This document shows, piece after piece, positions 1 through 6,111 of a DNA stretch of 9,576 nucleotides (its first letter is position 1; each line of letters opens with the position of its first letter). Source of the DNA: a virus (lineage: Duplodnaviria > Heunggongvirae > Uroviricota > Caudoviricetes). The position numbers and the translations under genes are program-made. The DNA lies in the IMG/VR virus record IMGVR_UViG_2695420632_000010; one strand, 5' to 3'. Below the pieces are notes generated by a model. The model worked only from the letters and a program-made list of their open reading frames with translations, was not told the origin of the DNA and ran no database searches.

Positions 1-439
1 GAATGGGAAGGCGATTACGCTTTTTCCTTCCCTTGTCGTCATTGCCCTCCTTATATCTGGCCTGGGGAAGACGTTGCATAACATGCCAGCGCCCATTATT
101 TAATCGCTGGATAAATGCCCGCTGATAACGATGCTGACCGGCTTTGAGTATGCTGTCCGGACGACGCCCCAGCATTCTGATCCCCAGCTTAATCACAGGG
201 AGATCACCGCGGTTAACGATAATTTTTGCATTCGGATTTCTGACCGTCGCCCGTTTCAGTCTGGACCGTTCCTTTACCAGTTTCCGTCTCACCCTGGTTT
301 CCCGGGCAACCTGTGATGAAGACTGATTAATCGCCGTTGTGGCCACGCGGTTAATCGTCATTGCTGAAGCCGCCGGAATGGCGTTTTTACGAACCCGGCT
401 CAGATTATCAATCGCCTGATCAAGCCCTTTTATCGCCAT
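1..439 (-). CDS. Z: Minor tail protein Z, N-terminal 146 codons; gene continues beyond window position 1
   Basis: ATG at 439-437 (minus). My translation begins MAIKGLDQAIDNLSRVRKNAIPAASAMTINRVATTAINQSSSQVARETRVRRKLVKERSRLKRATV and stays open to the window edge. It matches lambda gpZ as I recall it and sits directly after FII as in lambda. Absent from the ORF track because it is truncated by the window edge. Confidence 0.8.
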   Translation of the reverse strand, partial: MAIKGLDQAIDNLSRVRKNAIPAASAMTINRVATTAINQSSSQVARETRVRRKLVKERSRLKRATVRNPNAKIIVNRGDLPVIKLGIRMLGRRPDSILKAGQHRYQRAFIQRLNNGRWHVMQRLPQARYKEGNDDKGRKKRNRLPI

Positions 440-454
440 AATTTCACCCTGCGT

Positions 455-808
455 TTATCGTCGCCGGTTAACAGCGGGTGGTTGCCCACGGTTGAGCCAG
501 AGATAACAGCTTCCCCCGTCATCCGGAGAAACACGATCCACCCAGAACATCTCGCCGTTAATGGTCAGCGTGTCACCACGCCGCACGGCACGCACCGTAT
601 CCGTCCGCACAAATAATGACGGGCTGCTTCCTTCAATACGGACCCCGCCACCGGCAAAACCCAGCGACTCCGGATCGTCAAAAACCCCCTGAACTTCGCT
701 GCCACACTGTGCCCCCGAGGTGAACTGCGCACAGAGCCCCATCACTTCAACAATCGTTCTGTCCACCCCGGCAAGGGCAGCATCAAAGGAATTCTCAAAA
801 TCACGCAT
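455..808 (-). CDS. FII: Head-tail joining (tail attachment) protein FII
   Basis: 117 aa, same length as lambda gpFII. N-terminus MRDFENSFDAAL and C-terminus FWVDRVSPDDGGSCYLWLNRGQPPAVNRRR closely match lambda FII from memory. Its start overlaps the FI stop by 8 nt. Confidence 0.9.
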   Translation of the reverse strand: MRDFENSFDAALAGVDRTIVEVMGLCAQFTSGAQCGSEVQGVFDDPESLGFAGGGVRIEGSSPSLFVRTDTVRAVRRGDTLTINGEMFWVDRVSPDDGGSCYLWLNRGQPPAVNRRR

Positions 809-1169
809 AAACGGCCACTCCGCTCCTGACCATGTCTTTTGCCACTGAGGGGGGCATCAGAATTACTCTGCCAGCATCAACATGCTCAACAGGCCCACCT
901 GTTTCATCGTCAACACCGCACAGGTAAAAACACTTCAGAAGCCTGATACGTTCCAGAATACCAACGTCATCCTCACCGGTGTGCCTGCATGCCTGCTCAT
1001 GAACGGTATCATCAACATCTGCGATTTCATTTTCCGAGGCGCAAACCTCCTCTTCCCACTCTGCCACACGCTGTGCGATATCCGCAGCACTCCCCGACAT
1101 ATCCGCCTCGCGCCCCAGCAGACCAGCCAGTTCACGAAGACGTTTCTGATTTTCTTCTTTTGTTGCCAT
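801..1169 (-). CDS. FI: DNA-packaging protein FI homolog (123 aa from internal ATG)
   Basis: Acidic ~120-aa protein between E and FII, as in lambda. Preferred start is the ATG at 1169-1167, preceded by GGGAG at about 6 nt. The tracked ORF start at 1217 would run through the E terminator hairpin, so that extension is probably not translated. Identity rests on synteny and composition more than on remembered sequence. Confidence 0.65.
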   Translation of the reverse strand: MATKEENQKRLRELAGLLGREADMSGSAADIAQRVAEWEEEVCASENEIADVDDTVHEQACRHTGEDDVGILERIRLLKCFYLCGVDDETGGPVEHVDAGRVILMPPSVAKDMVRSGVAVYA

Positions 1170-1182
1170 ATCCAGCTCCCTG

Positions 1183-1212
1183 TGAAAAAAACACGGGGGC
1201 ATTTCGCCCCCG
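1183..1212 (-). terminator. Rho-independent terminator between E and FI
   Basis: On the minus strand: 7-bp GC stem CGGGGGC / GCCCCCG (1212-1206 / 1200-1194), 5-nt loop, then GUGUUUUUUU (A-run at plus 1185-1191). It lies in the 51-nt gap immediately after the E stop. Confidence 0.7.
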
Positions 1213-1220
1213 CTCACGGA

Positions 1221-2249
1221 TTATTTCACCTGTACCACCACAAACTCATCCGGATCCGGCAGCACCATCAGCGGCGCGGACTGCGTCATGGTGAATTCAC
1301 AGGACGGATCGCCCACGGTCAGCCAGTGTTTCGGGTAACGGGAAGAAGCCACCACTCCTTCAGACAACGCCTGTGCATCCTTAATGGCTCCATAGCAACG
1401 AATCCCCTCTGCTGCCGTATTCCCCAGCACCAGCGTGCCCTCCGGCAGATAACGTTTTTCGGTACCGTCCTCTGCCACATAAGACGTTTTCGCTACCACA
1501 ATGGCCAGATCGCCGTAATACCCCTTGAAGGATACCACTGCGCCCAGATCTTTCACTGCCGTTTCGAGTTGTGAATTTGAGCCGCGACGGGTATCCATTT
1601 TTTCGCGGAAAAGCTTAAAGCCATTCAGCAGACGCCAGACGGTACCGTCCATAATGGCAATATTCACAAGACCACTGGCCTGATCACAGAAAAGGTCGAT
1701 ATCATATGTCGGGTCGAACGTGTCACGATCCTGTTTTGACCACTCCTTACCGCTACCTTGTATGATGTTATTCTTCGTCGATCGGCCAAAATCGACTTCA
1801 ATTTTCTCGAACTGGTCTCCTTCCATCGTATATTTGCCATACAGCACGGCATTCACCGCCTGCATTTCTTCCACCTGCACAATAGCGTGCTCTTCCTGTT
1901 TGAGGTTATCAGTGATGATACGCAGACGACGGTAGGCCGGGTCGTTCAGCTGAGCCGGATCTTCACCGGGAAGGCGCTCAACCGCCTGCTGGTAATTAAA
2001 TTCGTGTTTCGGCTTGACGTAGCCCGGACGCAACACGCGGGTTTCACCACCACGATGGCGCAGCACTTTTCCTTCAACGATCGGGGAGACATAGGCCGCC
2101 ACCGGCGTTTTTCCGGTAATTTTGTCCAGCATCACTTCTTCGGTATGGAAATTCACCGTCCGGCGGAAAAACAGCTCCAGAAACAGCGCACGGAATTTCA
2201 CTTTTTGTTCGGTATAACCGAGTAACTGGCGGGTCGTAAACAATCCCAT
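1221..2249 (-). CDS. E: Major capsid protein E
   Basis: 342 aa against 341 for lambda gpE. Conserved blocks recalled from lambda E include YVSPIV, PGYVKPKHE, AQVEEMQAV, YGKYTM, TRRGSNS-LETAVKDLG and the C-terminal FTM-QSAPLM-L-DPDEFV. RBS AAAGGA sits upstream of the ATG at 2249. Confidence 0.93.
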   Translation of the reverse strand: MGLFTTRQLLGYTEQKVKFRALFLELFFRRTVNFHTEEVMLDKITGKTPVAAYVSPIVEGKVLRHRGGETRVLRPGYVKPKHEFNYQQAVERLPGEDPAQLNDPAYRRLRIITDNLKQEEHAIVQVEEMQAVNAVLYGKYTMEGDQFEKIEVDFGRSTKNNIIQGSGKEWSKQDRDTFDPTYDIDLFCDQASGLVNIAIMDGTVWRLLNGFKLFREKMDTRRGSNSQLETAVKDLGAVVSFKGYYGDLAIVVAKTSYVAEDGTEKRYLPEGTLVLGNTAAEGIRCYGAIKDAQALSEGVVASSRYPKHWLTVGDPSCEFTMTQSAPLMVLPDPDEFVVVQVK

Positions 2250-2513
2250 AAATCAGTTCCTTTCATTCAGAAATCAGTCAAACCACGATGGCGCAGCACT
2301 TTTCCTTCAACGATCGGGGAGACATAGGCCGCCACCGGCGTTTTTCCGGTAATTTTGTCCAGCATCACCTCTTCGGTGTGGAAATTCACCGTACGGCGGA
2401 AAAACAGCTCCAGAAATAGCGCACGGAATTTAACTTTTTGTTCGGTATAACCGAGTAACTGGCGGGTCGTAAACAATCCCATAAATCAGTTCCTTTCATT
2501 CAGAAATCAGTCA
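2049..2513. repeat. Tandem direct duplication, two ~232-bp units (2049-2280 and 2282-2513)
   Basis: Direct alignment of the two units shows 5 mismatches (unit-1 positions 2136, 2145, 2160, 2184, 2199). Each unit carries the 31-bp D-E intergenic leader plus E codons 1-68. Confidence 0.9.
2267..2482 (-). pseudogene. Truncated duplicate of the 5' end of major capsid gene E (E-prime): 68 E codons plus LTDF-stop
   Basis: The 71-aa ORF is identical to E residues 1-68 and then reads into the duplicated leader. It has the same RBS as E, and its stop lies 17 nt upstream of the authentic E start. Confidence 0.8.
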
Positions 2514-2532
2514 GGCCACCATGGTGGCCTGA
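2511..2532. repeat. 22-bp perfect palindrome TCAGGCCACCATGGTGGCCTGA in the D-E intergenic region
   Basis: The sequence is its own reverse complement, verified by hand. It sits between the D stop (2540) and the duplicated E leader, and the upstream edge of duplication unit 2 abuts it. Confidence 0.85.
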
Positions 2533-2539
2533 TAACGTG

Positions 2540-2887
2540 TTATGGCAGAGCCGCGTGACTCAGGGCTGTGCCGGCAAAGGCATTTGCCTTTTTGTGTTCA
2601 TCCACACTGTCAGGCCAGCGGATTGCCTCCGTCGCAAAGGTCCCCGACTTGTAATAGGTCAGCACCGTCTCTGTGCCTTCAAGCGGCAGTACCAGTATGC
2701 CAACCGCACTACCGGCTTTCTGTCCATCCCAGACCACCAGTTTCCCGGTGGCTTCATCCAGCATCAGGGGCGTCAGAGCCGGTGTTGCAGAAGAAATCCC
2801 GCTGCTGCCTGTGGCGGTATGAGCCGGATCATTACCAGCAAAAATACGTACTTCCGCACGCTGTTCAGTGATGGTTTTCGTCACCAT
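2540..2887 (-). CDS. D: Head decoration protein D
   Basis: 115 aa. Contains DPAHTAT, TPLMLD, KLV-WDG, AVGIL, YKSGTF and AFAGTA, which match lambda gpD as recalled. Position between C/Nu3 and E is as in lambda. Confidence 0.85.
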   Translation of the reverse strand: MVTKTITEQRAEVRIFAGNDPAHTATGSSGISSATPALTPLMLDEATGKLVVWDGQKAGSAVGILVLPLEGTETVLTYYKSGTFATEAIRWPDSVDEHKKANAFAGTALSHAALP

Positions 2888-2923
2888 TTTGTTAAAACCT
2901 CATATTGATGGTCAGCACTGACT

Positions 2924-3349
2924 TCATGGCATGGCCATGAGCATTTTCACGTCCGCATCACCGTCTGCTGACGTCTGTGACACGCCACCCCGCACCGCTG
3001 CCGGTGAATGATTCGCCATGAAATGTTCAAACAGGGCGGTTGTGGATGCAGAGACCGGTTCGGCCTTACCTGATCCCGCAGCCAGCACAGCCCGGGCGTT
3101 CTCCACGGTCATTCCCGGGCAGGCCGCCAGTTTTTCAGCCTGCGCTTCTGCCCCTTTTGCCTCATCCAGGGCCATGATCTGATCACGAAGTGAGGGCCCG
3201 GCATCCGCCAGTGGTGCAGCCGCCAGGATCGGGCGGGCTTTTTCCACCGTCATCTCCGGCATCGCCGCCAGCGTTGCCGCCAGTTGTTCACGACCGTTCG
3301 CTTCTTCACACGCCATAATGCGATCGGCTTCACTCTGCGCGGATGCCAC
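2924..3349 (-). CDS. nu3: Nu3-like scaffolding segment (C-terminal domain of C), out of frame (-1) with the protease domain
   Basis: Translation contains RIMACEEANGREQ and PEMTVEKARPILAAAP, resembling the lambda C/Nu3 C-terminus (RIMGILNCEEAHGREEQ, PGMTVKTARRILAAAP). This frame is open upstream to 3439. The tracked start at 3349 is a GTG; the first in-frame ATG is at the RIM motif. The true start is uncertain. Confidence 0.6.
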   Translation of the reverse strand: MASAQSEADRIMACEEANGREQLAATLAAMPEMTVEKARPILAAAPLADAGPSLRDQIMALDEAKGAEAQAEKLAACPGMTVENARAVLAAGSGKAEPVSASTTALFEHFMANHSPAAVRGGVSQTSADGDADVKMLMAMP

Positions 3350-4326
3350 CGGCTGCTGCGGTGCCGCCGCGGCCAGAATCGCCCGGGCCTGTTCAAAGCT
3401 TCCGTTGCAGTTAATTGCGGCATAGTGCCTCCTCTGACATTACTGTTCAGCGCCGTGGCCATCACACTGATGGCATCCGACGCATTGATTAATTCATCCG
3501 CCAGCCCGGCCTCAATGCCGGACTGACCTTCAAAAACGGCGGCCTCTGTTCCCGTGACCGCATCCACAGACAACCCGGTATACATCGCCACTTTTTCGGC
3601 AAACATCCGGTGCGCCGCATCAATCCGCTGCTGCATATCCTGGCGAACCTCTGCCGGCAACGCTTCAAACTGATTGCCATCCACCTTGTGCGCCCCGGCA
3701 TAAATCAGCGTGATATCCACACCGGCCTGCGCCAGATGACCGGCATAGCTGACATGGCTCATCATCACGCCAATGGAGCCGATACGGGATGTCTGGGTAA
3801 CCAGCCGTCGGGAGCAGGCCGACGCCAGCAGCATGGCTGCAGAACAGGCAGTGTCATTGCACAGTGCCCAGACCGGCTTCTGCTGACGGAGGCGGTAAAT
3901 CATGTCAGCGCAGTCAAACGCGCCGGCGGCCTGCCCTCCCGGACTGTCAATGTCCAGCAGTACGCCCCGCACCTGGCTATCCGCCATTGCCAGCTGAAGA
4001 CAGGCGACAATACCGTCATAGCCTGTCATTCCGGAAAATGGCCGCATACCACCCAGCCGGTGCACCAGCGTGCCGGTCACCGGCAGTACAGCAATACCGT
4101 TCACCACCCGGTAAACACGGGCCGGTCGTTTACCTCCGGCCATGTACTCGTCCGTTTCAGCCAGCATCCCGGGAGCATCAAGCTGTACCTGCTGTTGCGG
4201 TACCGAAAGACTTGCTGCCCCCATCTCGCGCCCCAGCGCGCAAAAGAAAACCCGCGCATAGGCGGGCTCCAGAAGCAGCGGTTCATTGAATACTGCTGCA
4301 ATAATGTGTGAAAGATTACGTCTCAC
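3250..4326 (-). CDS. C: Prohead protease C (S49 / ClpP-like family), protease domain; C-terminal ~50 codons are out-of-frame junk
   Basis: GTG start at 4326. N-terminus NLSHIIAAVFNEPLLLEPAYARVFFCAL matches lambda gpC (NLPHIASMAFNEPLMLEPAYARVFFCAL). NGIAVLPV-GTL, YSGMTGY, PVWAL and RRLVTQT-R-GSIGVMM are also conserved. After ...GGTMPQLTATEA the frame turns into an Arg/Trp-rich tail, which indicates a frame break. Start overlaps the B stop by 11 nt. Confidence 0.85.
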   Translation of the reverse strand: MRRNLSHIIAAVFNEPLLLEPAYARVFFCALGREMGAASLSVPQQQVQLDAPGMLAETDEYMAGGKRPARVYRVVNGIAVLPVTGTLVHRLGGMRPFSGMTGYDGIVACLQLAMADSQVRGVLLDIDSPGGQAAGAFDCADMIYRLRQQKPVWALCNDTACSAAMLLASACSRRLVTQTSRIGSIGVMMSHVSYAGHLAQAGVDITLIYAGAHKVDGNQFEALPAEVRQDMQQRIDAAHRMFAEKVAMYTGLSVDAVTGTEAAVFEGQSGIEAGLADELINASDAISVMATALNSNVRGGTMPQLTATEALNRPGRFWPRRHRSSRWHPRRVKPIALWRVKKRTVVNNWRQRWRRCRR

Positions 4327-5908
4327 GTGGTGTTGTCTCCTCTTCCGGCCTGCGACTCTCCGCTATCTGCTGCTGATACGCCTGCGCTATCCACACCGGA
4401 CGTGAGAGTCCGGCTTTTTGCCGCTCAGCAGATTCCCTGACCTGCTGGCGGAAAATGTCCTGATAATCCTCGCCCATCAGCGCCAGCTCTTTCTCATACG
4501 TGCTCAGTCCGGCCTCAATGCGCATCACTGATTCCTGGACTTCCTTGAGCCCGTCAATGGCCATTCTTCCGGCACCAATCCACTCTGCCCGTGACCAGGC
4601 TGATCGCGCCTGATAAAAATCAAAACGTGCCCGTGGCGGACGAATAATCCCCCGAAGAAGTGCCTCTTCCAGCCAGCAGGAAAACATCTGCGTGGCCAGC
4701 CGGGCCGCAATAAATTTTCGCCGCCCCATAAAATAGCGCCACGACTCATTGGCGGAGGCGCGGGCACTTGAGTAACTGACCTTCGAGTAATCACGGGACA
4801 ACTGTTCGTAGGAAACGCCAAGACCGGCGGCGATATACCGCAGCAGCGCCTGTTCAAGCGCAGAAAATCCATTGTCTGAATCCTGCGCGGTCTGAAGTTT
4901 CAGATCATCACCGGGGAAAAGGTGCGGAATTTTGACACCGCCCAGCGTCACGCTATTCGTGTCATACCAGGTGGAGAACTTATCCAGAATATTAATAAGC
5001 GGATTATCCTTCTGCCCCTGCGGCGCACCGGCGATATATTCAAAGGCCTTTTCGGTATCAAGGTCACTTTCAATCGTCGCTGCATACATCGCCTTCACTA
5101 TGGCCGACTGAAGCTGTGTTGCCTGCAGGGAATCCAGCATCTTCAGCCGTTCCATAACGCTGTAAAACTGATTGGCTCCACGGGTCTGCCCGTCCTCCAC
5201 CGGCTCGAAAATATGCAGCATGGCCGGACGCCCGGTGGGTAGTTCACGCGGGATCCGTTCCCATCGTCCATTCCCGGAGCGAGGAAAATCATCCTCACAG
5301 ATATGGTACGCAACGGCACGGCCATATCGATCGACCTCCACACCGGCCCGCAGAAAACGGTTCCCGATACCGTGTCCTGGCGTGTCCACCCGTTTCGGAC
5401 TCACGGCTTTAAAACGCGTACGAAACAGTTGCGTACTCTCCGTATCCCAGACCGGCTGCACAAAGATTTCGCCGTTAAACGCATGAACGCCCACACCTTC
5501 ACGGATAAATTCCGTAAACGTGCGTTTCCCTTCCACGTCGATCTCACCAAACATCCCTTCTGCGTATTCTGACCAGGCCGCCTCCACCTCATCGACAAAA
5601 CTTTTTGCCGCGGTCTCCCGCATCCCCAGCCAGCGCCAGTTCGGACGGTAGCTAATCAGAAACATATGCCCGACAATGTGATCCTTATGCAGGGCCACCG
5701 CATTGGCCGCTATTCCGTTATTGCGCACCAGATCATCTGCACGGGCATTCCCCAGACGCAACGCGGGCAGCAGGGCCGCATCGGCACTCTGCGAGGGTGG
5801 CAACCACTCTGCCATTTGCCCGCCAAATCCTGCACCGCCACCGTTGTAGCTGAGGCTCTCCCGAAGCGGAACGCCGTTCACATCAATCAGGACAGGCGTT
5901 CGTTTCAT
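4316..5908 (-). CDS. B: Portal protein B
   Basis: 530 aa against 533 for lambda gpB. The first ~38 residues (MKRTPVLIDVNGVPLRESLSYNGGGAGFGGQMAEWLPP) are essentially identical to lambda B as I recall it. Its ATG overlaps the W stop as ATGA. Confidence 0.95.
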   Translation of the reverse strand: MKRTPVLIDVNGVPLRESLSYNGGGAGFGGQMAEWLPPSQSADAALLPALRLGNARADDLVRNNGIAANAVALHKDHIVGHMFLISYRPNWRWLGMRETAAKSFVDEVEAAWSEYAEGMFGEIDVEGKRTFTEFIREGVGVHAFNGEIFVQPVWDTESTQLFRTRFKAVSPKRVDTPGHGIGNRFLRAGVEVDRYGRAVAYHICEDDFPRSGNGRWERIPRELPTGRPAMLHIFEPVEDGQTRGANQFYSVMERLKMLDSLQATQLQSAIVKAMYAATIESDLDTEKAFEYIAGAPQGQKDNPLINILDKFSTWYDTNSVTLGGVKIPHLFPGDDLKLQTAQDSDNGFSALEQALLRYIAAGLGVSYEQLSRDYSKVSYSSARASANESWRYFMGRRKFIAARLATQMFSCWLEEALLRGIIRPPRARFDFYQARSAWSRAEWIGAGRMAIDGLKEVQESVMRIEAGLSTYEKELALMGEDYQDIFRQQVRESAERQKAGLSRPVWIAQAYQQQIAESRRPEEETTPRET

Positions 5909-6111
5909 AACCTCACTCCCAGCGGACGACGGCGACGGCGGGTTGTCCCCAGTACCGACTCCGCATCATTGATCGCCCGGTTAAGCTCATCCAGAGAAGC
6001 TGCCGTATATTCAATTCTGCGACCATCTTTCTGGACAGACACCACCCGTTTACCGGTTAATAAATCAAGGCGCGCCTGACGCAGCACCTGCAGTTCAGCG
6101 ACTGTAACCAT
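5905..6111 (-). CDS. W: Head-tail joining protein W
   Basis: 68 aa, same as lambda gpW. The motif TGKRV--VQKDGRR-E-TA-S---L and the RRRR near the C-terminus match lambda W. GGAGGA lies 4 nt upstream of the ATG. Confidence 0.85.
   Translation of the reverse strand: MVTVAELQVLRQARLDLLTGKRVVSVQKDGRRIEYTAASLDELNRAINDAESVLGTTRRRRRPLGVRL

Noticed and set aside
131-326. Two small plus-strand ORFs (131-316, 144-326)
   Set aside because: Antisense to the Z coding sequence, which is open on the minus strand across 1-439.
882-1574. 230-aa plus-strand ORF (and similar plus-strand ORFs at 989-1294, 1720-2225, 2537-2908, 3284-3526, 3610-4311, 3864-4289, 4922-5572, 5666-6079, 6151-6592, 6627-6842, 6899-7590, 7604-7891)
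   Set aside because: All lie antisense to minus-strand genes with clear homology to lambda structural proteins. Their translations are low-complexity and Arg/His/Cys-rich, typical of shadow ORFs in GC-rich coding DNA.
2514-2529. GCCACCATGG inside the palindrome resembles a eukaryotic Kozak consensus and an NcoI site, which could hint at an engineered construct
   Set aside because: It is a by-product of the perfect palindrome GGCCACC-ATG-GTGGCC in a native phage intergenic region. There is no vector backbone, selection marker or other synthetic signature in the window.
3392-3420. Programmed -1 ribosomal frameshift joining the C protease and scaffold frames
   Set aside because: There is no slippery heptamer or obvious downstream stimulatory structure at the frame junction, and lambda C/Nu3 are co-linear in one frame. 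A 1-nt indel or sequencing error is more parsimonious.
4525-4872. Minus-strand alternative-frame ORFs inside B, A, FI and others (4525-4872, 935-1135, 1664-1852, 3489-3701, 4101-4301, 5143-5343, 5401-5598, 6112-6414, 9044-9229 excepted)
   Set aside because: They are embedded out of frame in strongly supported genes. Only the Rz1-in-Rz nesting (9044-9229) is a known genuine case and is kept.
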